64,000 nucleotides of DNA from a virus (Duplodnaviria; Caudoviricetes), in the IMG/VR virus record IMGVR_UViG_3300017722_005389. One strand, given 5' to 3'. The first letter of the stretch is position 1. Each line of letters begins with the position of its first letter. The notes below the pieces were generated by a model that was given only the letters and a program-made list of their open reading frames with translations, was not told the DNA's origin and ran no database searches. Position numbers and translations under genes: made by a program. This document shows, in pieces, positions 55,777 to 64,000 of the stretch.

Positions 55777-57528
55777 ATGAAAATAAGATTAACTGAATCG
55801 CAGTATATTGATTTTTTAAATGAAAAAAAATTAAGATTCTTAAGAAAAAACGGTTGCAATACTTGCAATAAAAAAAGTGGATTATTAGCAGAAATGTACT
55901 TACAAGAAGATTTAAAGGTAGGTAAAGGTGTTGTTTGTTTGAATCAAAATGATGTTGCAGAATATATAAATTCTGTTAGGCTGGGTGCAGTAAAAATTGC
56001 TGATAAATACAAACAGTTTCTCGATATTATTAATTTTAATAAATTACAAGGTAAAACATTTACTACAGCAAATCCATTTATACATGGAAAATCTAAATTA
56101 TTTTTCGATGATGAAGGAGGTGTACAAACAGAAAATAAACGTATTACTCAATTAAAAAAAGAATTAGATGAATTATATACAGAGTATCGAAAGGCTATAA
56201 CTTCAAAAAGTGGTTCTGCAGATAACATAGCTAATAAAATAAAGAAAAGGCTTGGAAATCTTTTAGATATATATGAAGGTTTAGAGGTTGATATAGAAAA
56301 TTTTAGAAAGAATTTATTAGTTGAGCCAAGAACTATTATCAGTAAGAATGAAAAAATGATGAAATCTGGGGGCAAGAACGATGTAGTTGTAAATACAGGT
56401 ATTCCAGCTGTTGGAGCTATTGTATTTAATACAGCAGCTAATGAATTTCAAATGGTTGAGACTTGTCCTGGTAGGGGTACTTGTGTTAATTTCTGTTATG
56501 CATTGACAAGTAATTATACTCGTTTTATGGGTACTTATGATGTTATGATAAGAAGGTTGAATTTAATGATTAATAACCCTAAAAAATATGAAGATAAATT
56601 ATTTAATGAATTATATAATTTAGCTAAAAATAAAAATGCTTTTTTATATAAGGCTGAACTTAATGATGTTGTGAGAAACTTCATTTCAAAAGGAAAAAAA
56701 CAATTAAATAATCTAAAAAATCAAAATCCTGAATTGAGTTTTGATGAAATTTTTGATTTCAAAAAAATAGGATTAGGAAAGGAATTTGAAGAATATATGA
56801 CAGCTTATTTAATTGAAAAAAAGAGGGTAGTGTTAAGATGGAATGATTCAGGAGACTTTTTTAATGAAACTTATCAAGTATTAGCATCAAATGTATTAAA
56901 GCGATTAAGAGATTTGGATGTGTATATTGTCAGTACGACTTATACCAAGATTGCAGATGTTAGTGCAGATGTTAAAAAATTGTTTAGTAAAGAAATGGAT
57001 TTTGCAATTTATTCTATAGGTGGTGCAAGTAAAGTTGAAACTAAGAAGTTTAATGCTGCAACTGAAACTAATAGACCTATTAAAAAGGCTATAAGTCCTC
57101 AAGGTGATATATTTATAAATCCTATAACAAAAGAACCGTATGATTATCTTTTTTCAGATTTAAATTATATCTTAGATATAAGAAAACAAAAGGAACCAAA
57201 TAATAAGATATATACTGCTATAGCTAAAACTTATTTTAAAACTGAATATAATCCAAAGGATCATATACAATCAAGTAAAATTAAAAATGAAATAGAGTCA
57301 TTAATTCCATCTGTAAGAGAGGAATTTAAAGAGCAAATGAAGGAATACTTAAAAAGAGAATATAATGAATCTGTTAGTTTTTTTGATATTGTTTTTCTTG
57401 ATGAATTAAAAAATAATCCAAAGAAACAATATGGTGAAAAAAGATATTATGTTATAGTTCCAAAAGGATCTGGGGATGATGCAACCATATACAGCACTAC
57501 TAAATGGATATTGAATTTATTACACTAA
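55777..57528 (+). CDS. Leader-bearing GP88-like (radical-SAM-related) protein
   Basis: MKIRLTESQY leader; TCPGRGTCVNFCYA; LRWNDSGDFF; TYTK. Confidence 0.75.
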   Translation: MKIRLTESQYIDFLNEKKLRFLRKNGCNTCNKKSGLLAEMYLQEDLKVGKGVVCLNQNDVAEYINSVRLGAVKIADKYKQFLDIINFNKLQGKTFTTANPFIHGKSKLFFDDEGGVQTENKRITQLKKELDELYTEYRKAITSKSGSADNIANKIKKRLGNLLDIYEGLEVDIENFRKNLLVEPRTIISKNEKMMKSGGKNDVVVNTGIPAVGAIVFNTAANEFQMVETCPGRGTCVNFCYALTSNYTRFMGTYDVMIRRLNLMINNPKKYEDKLFNELYNLAKNKNAFLYKAELNDVVRNFISKGKKQLNNLKNQNPELSFDEIFDFKKIGLGKEFEEYMTAYLIEKKRVVLRWNDSGDFFNETYQVLASNVLKRLRDLDVYIVSTTYTKIADVSADVKKLFSKEMDFAIYSIGGASKVETKKFNAATETNRPIKKAISPQGDIFINPITKEPYDYLFSDLNYILDIRKQKEPNNKIYTAIAKTYFKTEYNPKDHIQSSKIKNEIESLIPSVREEFKEQMKEYLKREYNESVSFFDIVFLDELKNNPKKQYGEKRYYVIVPKGSGDDATIYSTTKWILNLLH

Positions 57529-57531
57529 TTT

Positions 57532-58104
57532 ATGTCAAATCAAAGACCGAATACATTTCAACTTCTTCAGAACATTGATGGTTCTGAAGAAGTTTATACG
57601 CAAAATAACGGAATCAGTGAAAAATTCACTGTTGATCAGGTAAAAACGTATATTCTTCAGAACGTTGATGTTTGGGAGTATAAGGAGTTTATTTTGACAC
57701 CATCAGATTTGGCACAAATTTCAACAGTAAAGTTTCAGCTTCTTGATGAGAATGATTTGGGTTCTGATGAGTATTATGAGATTGGCAGAATAATATTTGA
57801 ATCAATTATTAATGAGGCAAATAATATTCCTAATGATGCAGGAAAACCTCTTTATTTGGTATATAAACAAAATCCGACAATACCTTACACTGATCCTCAT
57901 CCAAACAATGCTTTTGTCGATGATTTACCATCCACTTTGATAGGTTGTAGTTTACCTGTGGTATTTAATTATTACATGAACAAATCTTTTAGAGAATTTA
58001 CGCCAAATATGGGATTATATTTAGATTCTCAACTTAATGGAGGTGGCGGTACAGTTCAATATAAAATAAAAATTTATTACAAGAGGAGACCTATTAACTC
58101 ATGA
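57532..58104 (+). CDS. Adaptor-family paralog 1
   Basis: IDGSEEVYTQ N-terminus; YLDS..Y.IKIYYK C-terminus. Confidence 0.8.
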   Translation: MSNQRPNTFQLLQNIDGSEEVYTQNNGISEKFTVDQVKTYILQNVDVWEYKEFILTPSDLAQISTVKFQLLDENDLGSDEYYEIGRIIFESIINEANNIPNDAGKPLYLVYKQNPTIPYTDPHPNNAFVDDLPSTLIGCSLPVVFNYYMNKSFREFTPNMGLYLDSQLNGGGGTVQYKIKIYYKRRPINS

Positions 58105-58643
58105 GTATAAAAAGACCTACAGATTTTCCTGTGAAACCATTTATTGATGGTTCTGAAGAAATTTATACCCAGACTGGTGGAATTAATTATAAATTTACAG
58201 TCAATGATGTGGCTTCTTTAGTGTTACAAGGAGTTAACCAGTGGTTATATAAGGAAGTTATACCTAGTAGCTCTGAATGGGAGAGTGTAGATGTATCACC
58301 AATACAGCTTTTAGATGAAAGTTTGTTGGCTCCTAATGAATTTTATGAAGTTAACAGGATTATATGTGAGGTTATTGTCGGGGCAGTTTCAGGTCTTGAT
58401 AAATCTCCTATATATTTTTTATATAAACAAAATGCTTTAATCCCTTTAAATACTTCAAGTACTATTGGAGCAATTGATAGTACATTTTATGAATCAACCG
58501 TTAATGCTGTTAATGTTTATTATATGGAAGAGATTCCTGGATTGTTTCAAAAAGGAGATGGATTATATTTACAATCATTTATTGATGCAGTTCCTAATGA
58601 TTCAGTTTACACATTTAAGATTTATTATAGAATAAGCAGTTAA
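58101..58643 (+). CDS. Adaptor-family paralog 2
   Basis: IDGSEEIYTQ; LYLQS..FKIYYR. Confidence 0.8.
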   Translation: MSIKRPTDFPVKPFIDGSEEIYTQTGGINYKFTVNDVASLVLQGVNQWLYKEVIPSSSEWESVDVSPIQLLDESLLAPNEFYEVNRIICEVIVGAVSGLDKSPIYFLYKQNALIPLNTSSTIGAIDSTFYESTVNAVNVYYMEEIPGLFQKGDGLYLQSFIDAVPNDSVYTFKIYYRISS

Positions 58644-58645
58644 TT

Positions 58646-59167
58646 ATGGCAAATGTAAAACCTAATGAGTTTCCAATGAAACCATTTATTGATGGTTCTG
58701 AAGAAGTATATACCCAAACGCCAAGTGGCAATTACAAATACACTCTTTCAACAGCAATTGACTATATTTCCATTGGAGTTGATAAATGGGAGTCTATGGA
58801 ATTAGTTTTAACCCCCTCAAATATGGGAGTTAGTATAAATATTTTGGATGAAAATTTATTGGGTGTTAATGAATACTATGAGATTCATAAGGTGGTTATT
58901 ATGTATGATTTTGGCACAATAGCATATGATCAAAACTCATCAATTCGTTTTAGATTTTTGGATAATATAAATGCATATATTTACAACTTTTTTTCACTAC
59001 CAAAAACTTTTTTTGAAGAGCCAAATAGTTTTGTATCTTATTTTCATACTCAAAATGACCATGACCCATATTCTAGGAATACAGGTTTTTATTTGGAAGG
59101 CACCGATAGTTTATCAATCGGTGATGGTACTATAACAATTAGGGTTTATTACAAGATAAATTCTTAA
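58646..59167 (+). CDS. Adaptor-family paralog 3
   Basis: IDGSEEVYTQ; FYLEG..IRVYYK. Confidence 0.8.
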   Translation: MANVKPNEFPMKPFIDGSEEVYTQTPSGNYKYTLSTAIDYISIGVDKWESMELVLTPSNMGVSINILDENLLGVNEYYEIHKVVIMYDFGTIAYDQNSSIRFRFLDNINAYIYNFFSLPKTFFEEPNSFVSYFHTQNDHDPYSRNTGFYLEGTDSLSIGDGTITIRVYYKINS

Positions 59168-59691
59168 GAAATCCTATTATATTCTCTAAAACTATGAGGA
59201 TATTCGTTATAATCATCTGCTTCATAAGATTTTTCATAAGAAATCTCCCATTCATCCCAATTTACTGGTAAATATGCATCTGGATTTTCAATTTCGCCTT
59301 GCATTTCGGTTATAAACAGCTTATCGCATAAATTTATACCTTGTTCATACAAATTTTGACCTCCAATGATGTAAATATTCTTCTTTAGAAGGGTTGTACT
59401 ATATAAACAGTTTATCAAATCATGAAAAAGCAAAGTATTTTTAGCATTATAGTTTTTATCTTCAGAAATTATGCAATTTACTCTAAAAGGATTGGCTTTT
59501 CTTTGATTTCTATCCTGATTTTCAAAAGTAAATTCGTCCATAATGACAATTGATCGCTGGGTTTTAGATCTTTCGCTTTTTGTATGCAATTTTGTCAAAA
59601 ATGGGAACAAATTATCTTTAAAAGTGGCACCATTTTTATCAATTCTTGTGAAAATCGATATAAATGGCTTTTGTCGAGGGGTTTCCTTCAT
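59164..59691 (-). CDS. Divergent dihydrofolate-reductase-fold protein
   Basis: IVIM..T.E, R.N.IIS, IYIIGGQNLY, DKLFITE, DAYLP; substrate-side motifs degenerate. Confidence 0.7.
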   Translation of the reverse strand: MKETPRQKPFISIFTRIDKNGATFKDNLFPFLTKLHTKSERSKTQRSIVIMDEFTFENQDRNQRKANPFRVNCIISEDKNYNAKNTLLFHDLINCLYSTTLLKKNIYIIGGQNLYEQGINLCDKLFITEMQGEIENPDAYLPVNWDEWEISYEKSYEADDYNEYPHSFREYNRIS

Positions 59692-59695
59692 TATT

Positions 59696-59950
59696 TTATT
59701 TGGTTTTTATGGATTTCAACAGAAATTTATCTTGTTCTACTGAAATTTCGTTCATTTTCATTTGTAATGAGGTAAATGTTGACAAAAGTTCCATTTTATA
59801 GGTGGATTTTTTGTCATCATCAGGGGTTTCTTCGATTTTTTTAAGAATATTGTGGCAATTTTCGCTTAAATTCCAGTATTCTTCGTCTAAATTTTTAAAA
59901 TTTTCGTTAAAAGTCTCGAAATTTCTTTGGAGTGTTGATATTTTGTCCAT
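59696..59950 (-). CDS. Coiled-coil hypothetical protein
   Basis: 84-aa ORF. Confidence 0.65.
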   Translation of the reverse strand: MDKISTLQRNFETFNENFKNLDEEYWNLSENCHNILKKIEETPDDDKKSTYKMELLSTFTSLQMKMNEISVEQDKFLLKSIKTK

Positions 59951-61265
59951 TTGATTGCATTAGATTCTTAAGAAGCTCCTTCATTTCATATGGAGGGGCA
60001 TCTGTTACGTCATTATTATTAGTAGGAGAACCTTTTATCCATGTAGAAAGTTCATATATATCGTCAAAATCTATTTCATCTTCATTATTCCTAATTCTTT
60101 CGCTCCATTTCTCCCAAACACCCTTTCCATAGTTAAAAATATCTCTTAAAAAGTCTAAAATTTCCTTATTTTTTATTTTTTTTATATCTTTTATGTTAAA
60201 ATGTTCACTATTATAACTATAAAAGTAGTTTTCTAAGTTTCTAAAGAGGTTTGAAAGCTTGTTTTGGACTAATTTTAACTTCTCAAGAGTGATTATATAG
60301 TAGATTTTATCTAAATTTAACGATTTTACTGAATAAATGTTTGCAATATGCTTAAGATTTTTGCCTATAATCTTCTTTGAATTGATTGCTTCTGTGTGAT
60401 CAGTTGTCACTTTTAACACTTTATTACCTCCAATATCGTAAGCATGACCGAATAGACCCCCACCTAAATGCTTATAAGAAGTGATCCCAAGCTTATCGAA
60501 GATTTTATCCATGAAATCATACCCTTTATTTTCTTCATTTATGTTAAAGTCTTCAGGATCTTCATCAAAAGAATCAAAATAATTTCCAAAGCCGATATCA
60601 AAAATTGCTAAATCCCCATTAGGTTTCAATCCCCAATTAGAAACATTTAATATTTCGCCAGTATCTATATTATTTTCGCTTAATTCATCAATCATTGAAA
60701 GCATTTGATTGAATAACCATTCAAATTGCTTGTTTTTCAATGGAGGGATTTGTATATCGTCTATAGTACCATGTTCATAATAATGATGCATGATTTCTGC
60801 TAAAGACATTTTTTGTTCAGAGTACTCTAAAAGTTTTTTTTTTGAAGGGTTGTAATTTTCAAATATTTGAGGATTAATTCTTCCAAATTTTCTCATCATA
60901 ACACCTGCAAAAGAATTTGCTTCATTTTCATGAGGGCTTCCATCCTCTCCAGAGAGGTTTGTAAGCTCTCCATTGAGATCTTGTTGAACGTGTTTAAGTT
61001 CATGTGCTATACTTCTTAAAATGTCTCCTATATGCCTATTTTTAACATATACACAAAGGGATTTATCGGAAGGTTTATAATGTGCAAAGGTTGAGAGTTC
61101 ACCATCCCTTTTAGTTTTTAATTTTATAGCAAGTTTCTGCTTTATATTAAGTTGTTCTTTGCAAGAACTTATAAATTTCTTCATAAGTTCAAATTTTTCA
61201 TCGGTAATATATGGGTGTGAATCTGGAAGATTGCTGTATTGTTGTTCAGTTATAAGAATTTTCAT
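59907..61265 (-). CDS. Leader + zincin + kinase-like halves in reversed order
   Basis: IAHELKH..ENEANSFAG; SNWG..AIFDIG; HLGGGLFGHAY..VLKVT..E. Confidence 0.7.
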   Translation of the reverse strand: MKILITEQQYSNLPDSHPYITDEKFELMKKFISSCKEQLNIKQKLAIKLKTKRDGELSTFAHYKPSDKSLCVYVKNRHIGDILRSIAHELKHVQQDLNGELTNLSGEDGSPHENEANSFAGVMMRKFGRINPQIFENYNPSKKKLLEYSEQKMSLAEIMHHYYEHGTIDDIQIPPLKNKQFEWLFNQMLSMIDELSENNIDTGEILNVSNWGLKPNGDLAIFDIGFGNYFDSFDEDPEDFNINEENKGYDFMDKIFDKLGITSYKHLGGGLFGHAYDIGGNKVLKVTTDHTEAINSKKIIGKNLKHIANIYSVKSLNLDKIYYIITLEKLKLVQNKLSNLFRNLENYFYSYNSEHFNIKDIKKIKNKEILDFLRDIFNYGKGVWEKWSERIRNNEDEIDFDDIYELSTWIKGSPTNNNDVTDAPPYEMKELLKNLMQSNGQNINTPKKFRDF

Positions 61266-61295
61266 GAATAATCTTTAACTATAAATATATTCTTG

Positions 61296-61655
61296 TTATT
61301 CAAAAATCAAATGCCTACCATTTTCTTGAAATACAACTGAATGTAAAATATTGTTAGTAAAATGAAGTATAATCCATTTTCCCCATTCAGGGGTTTCTTT
61401 TTCGTACATAAATAATTTATATATACCATTGATTTGTCTATGGTAAATTTTGCCTATTTTTTCTTTTATAATGGTATTTTTAAATATCACTGTGATTTCT
61501 GTTGTATCAGAATTTATTGTAATTTTAGAATGAATTCTTTTTACTTTTTCTTCATCCCCATATATTTTAGTCATTAATTTTGATTCAAAAGAAAATTGTG
61601 CTTTAACTAAATTGGACATTCCAATTAATATAAAAATAACAAGTAGATTTTTCAT
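61296..61655 (-). CDS. Secreted hypothetical protein
   Basis: Signal peptide ending VKA-Q. Confidence 0.7.
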   Translation of the reverse strand: MKNLLVIFILIGMSNLVKAQFSFESKLMTKIYGDEEKVKRIHSKITINSDTTEITVIFKNTIIKEKIGKIYHRQINGIYKLFMYEKETPEWGKWIILHFTNNILHSVVFQENGRHLIFE

Positions 61656-61705
61656 AGATTTTATTTTTTTTATGGTTTATGAGTATTTATTAGTAAATAA
61701 GTATT

Positions 61706-62155
61706 ATGAATAATAAAAATAATAAATTAAATTACATTAAAAATCTTATTCGAGAACAAGTGCAACTTGAATTTAAAAGGAAAAATAATTTTTTAAATGA
61801 GCAAGAGTTGGGAAATAATGAAATAGAACTAGTTTTTAATTCATCAGAAAATGGTGGTAGTTTTTTTATTAAAGATGTTAGTAAAAGGCAGAACCTTTTG
61901 TCAAAATATAAATATCTTAATTTGACAGGTTTTAGAAGATTCAAAGGTGATAATACTGTTGGAACACCTAATTTGATCGAATTTGTTATAAATTTAAATG
62001 ATTATAAATATAAAGTAACTAAAAACGATTTTGTTGTGAGTTATAATGATCAAACTAAAACAATAAATGTCGATTTTAAAAATCTGTCAGTAGGAGGTGT
62101 TATAAATTTGATCACTCCTAAAGGTATGAAAGTTCGACATGATATGCGTTATTAA
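61706..62155 (+). CDS. Leader-like hypothetical protein
   Basis: IKNLIRE..FLNE. Confidence 0.7.
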   Translation: MNNKNNKLNYIKNLIREQVQLEFKRKNNFLNEQELGNNEIELVFNSSENGGSFFIKDVSKRQNLLSKYKYLNLTGFRRFKGDNTVGTPNLIEFVINLNDYKYKVTKNDFVVSYNDQTKTINVDFKNLSVGGVINLITPKGMKVRHDMRY

Positions 62156-62160
62156 GATTA

Positions 62161-63303
62161 TTAAATAATCAATTTTTTCTTTAGAATTTTTTCTATATTC
62201 TTTATTTGTTTATAAGAAATAACTATAAGTTTATAACCATTATTCTTTGCAAAAAGTTTCTTTATTTTATCATTTTCTTTTTGAATTTTGAATTTATCTT
62301 CTCCACCGAAGATTTCTATAGCTTCATAATGTTGTTTTCCATTGAATTCTATTAAGGTTTTTAAAGAAGAAATATAAAAATCAAAAGAAAGCTGAAGGAT
62401 GTTTCTGCATTTTTTAAATTTCTTTTGGGATGTAAATTTTATTTTATTAAAATTTAGATATTCTCTTATGATTATTTCACCTTTAGATTCTTTACATTTT
62501 GGACATCCTTGCCCTGATGTATGTGAATGTGCTCTTTGGGTGAAATAACCATGTTTTTTACATTTTATTTTTATTTTATCATTTGATCCTTTATATTCAA
62601 CTTTTGAATAATCGTATTTATTCTTATGTTTTTCTTTACATTTTTTTAAGAAGTAATCAAGCTCATTTATCAGTTTACCTCTTGAAATATTAATTGCGCA
62701 TTTCGGGCAGTCAGATTTTCTCAAATGATCAACAGCTCTTTGTTCAAATTCACCATGTTTTTTACATATAATTTTAATTTTAGATCTAACTCCTTTATAA
62801 TTCACCAAGGAATAATCATATGTTTCACCATGAATTTCTTTTGCTTTTTTTATGAAGCTTTTTGTATCTAATCTATAAGTATTTTTTTCTTTTTGGATTT
62901 TACATTTTTTCCCTCTATCAATATATCTGCATTTTGGGCAATTGAACCCTGAAGCATGTATTCTCGGAAGTTGTTCGAACTCTCCATGTGATGGGCATAT
63001 TATTTTTACTTTTATATTATTATTTTTATAATCCACCAAGGAATAATCATATTTGTTACCATGAACTTCTTTTGATTTTTTAATAAATCCTTCAGTATCA
63101 TTTTTGCTTGTATGGCTACATTTGGGACACCCTGCAGGATTTTTTCTAATATGAGATTGAGCCGTAGTTTCAAAAATACCATGTTCTTTACAAATTATTT
63201 TCATAGGTATTTTAGAATTTATATAATTAGCTAAAGAATAATCATACCTATCCCCATGTATTTCAGTTGCCTTTTGAATAAATCTTTCTGTAGTGTATTT
63301 CAT
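62161..63303 (-). CDS. DUF723-repeat Zn-ribbon protein with C-terminal PD-(D/E)XK/Vsr-like nuclease (homing-endonuclease-like)
   Basis: Four HGxxYDYS..IICxxHG..CPKC repeats; FDFYI..LIEFNGKQHY. Confidence 0.85.
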   Translation of the reverse strand: MKYTTERFIQKATEIHGDRYDYSLANYINSKIPMKIICKEHGIFETTAQSHIRKNPAGCPKCSHTSKNDTEGFIKKSKEVHGNKYDYSLVDYKNNNIKVKIICPSHGEFEQLPRIHASGFNCPKCRYIDRGKKCKIQKEKNTYRLDTKSFIKKAKEIHGETYDYSLVNYKGVRSKIKIICKKHGEFEQRAVDHLRKSDCPKCAINISRGKLINELDYFLKKCKEKHKNKYDYSKVEYKGSNDKIKIKCKKHGYFTQRAHSHTSGQGCPKCKESKGEIIIREYLNFNKIKFTSQKKFKKCRNILQLSFDFYISSLKTLIEFNGKQHYEAIEIFGGEDKFKIQKENDKIKKLFAKNNGYKLIVISYKQIKNIEKILKKKLII

Positions 63304-64000
63304 TTCAAATACTTTCTTTTATATAGCCACAATGCACAATTTTTAGGTTCGGCTCTGTCGATATTTTTTAAAAATTCAATGTTGAAAGGATCCACAGCTT
63401 TATTTTTACTATAGACTTTAGCTAATTCTCCCCAAATATCTCTATAAAGTAGATTAAATTCTGGGTGGAATCTATGATACAATGATTTTTTATAAAAATA
63501 AGTTGGATAATACTTTTCTTCTTCCGAAGGAACATCTGGAATTTCCAATGGTTCTAATACAGGTTCTCCATGTTGACCTAAAAATCCTATTTCTTCTATG
63601 AGCAGATGTCCCATATAGGTTTCATAACAATAGAAATTCCTGCCTTTATCATTTGTCAGATACATTAATGTTGTACCTGGTTTGTAATCTTTTAGCCATT
63701 GAAGGGTTAAAGTATTTCTTTGGATAATTTTTTCACCGACATTTTGTTTTGTTGTGATTTTCTTATCAAGTTCAATAATATTTTCAATAACACTTTCGAT
63801 TTGGAAGTAATAGATTTTGATATTTTTGCTGATACCTGATTTTAGAATTCTATCTATACGTCCGTTTCTTTGAGTGATTTTGGATGGGTTCCATTTCTGG
63901 TCAAAATGTATAAGGATGTTTGCGTTGTGTAAGCTTACGCCTTCAGATAACACATCTGTTGCAGCGAGGACATTTATATCGAATAACTCTGAAGAATCAT
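63300..64000 (-). CDS. C-terminal part of an SF2 (SNF2-like) helicase, truncated by window
   Basis: Frame stays open to window edge: INVLAATDVLSEGVSL..WNPSKITQRNGRIDR. Confidence 0.85.
   Translation of the reverse strand, partial: DSSELFDINVLAATDVLSEGVSLHNANILIHFDQKWNPSKITQRNGRIDRILKSGISKNIKIYYFQIESVIENIIELDKKITTKQNVGEKIIQRNTLTLQWLKDYKPGTTLMYLTNDKGRNFYCYETYMGHLLIEEIGFLGQHGEPVLEPLEIPDVPSEEEKYYPTYFYKKSLYHRFHPEFNLLYRDIWGELAKVYSKNKAVDPFNIEFLKNIDRAEPKNCALWLYKRKYLK

Noticed and set aside
57532-59167. Diversity-generating retroelement behind the paralog family
   Set aside because: No reverse transcriptase and no template/variable repeat pair differing at adenines
1353-61944. Numerous short opposite-strand or out-of-frame ORFs in the track (for example 1353, 3339, 8590, 17027, 18948, 27252, 33203, 46898, 50038, 54382)
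   Set aside because: Shadow frames fully overlapping well-supported genes
1-64000. Stop-codon reassignment as in some crAss-like or Lak phages
   Set aside because: Genes are full length and densely packed under code 11; TAG and TGA occur at plausible gene ends
1-64000. Eukaryotic giant virus origin suggested by LRR, kinases and MORN-like segment
   Set aside because: Bacteroidota promoters, intrinsic terminators, operon overlaps, a holin and a T9SS tail indicate a bacteriophage

Overview
AT-rich (roughly 25-30% GC by eye) segment of a giant/jumbo tailed bacteriophage. The host is very probably Bacteroidota: TTTG-N19/20-TAnnTTTG promoters, a T9SS-type C-terminal sorting domain and a SPOR-like protein all point there. 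The window has three compartments. (1) 0.2-14.9 kb and 44.6-62.2 kb: about 25 genes share short N-terminal leaders (MKKIILTENQY..LLKE, MKIKLSELRQIVKAIIKE, MLLREF..LNE, MINES..HLMESGFFGK..LKE), many with a TATTTATA motif just upstream. The leaders are fused to unrelated payloads (zincin peptidases, kinases, GNATs, ParB/Srx, LRR, alpha/beta hydrolase, GP88-like), consistent with capsid-targeted, protease-matured proteins injected into the host. (2) 15-43.3 kb: a large early/accessory region of mostly minus-strand small genes, many in cassettes bounded by a repeated element that is both terminator hairpin and host promoter, followed by a shared TTCACTATTAAA leader. From 39.5 to 43.5 kb six genes each sit behind a ~260-340 bp repeat. 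The region also carries a mini alanyl-tRNA synthetase, ArdC, GP88-like, ParB, SLT, a tRNA-like RNA with an aberrant anticodon arm, a ~460-nt highly structured ORF-free RNA candidate, and terminator-linked sequences antisense to the shared early leader. (3) 43.5-44.6 kb: nested ATATACG-rich tandem arrays at the point where transcription diverges, a candidate origin or genome terminus. All calls come from motif reading by eye; no searches were run.
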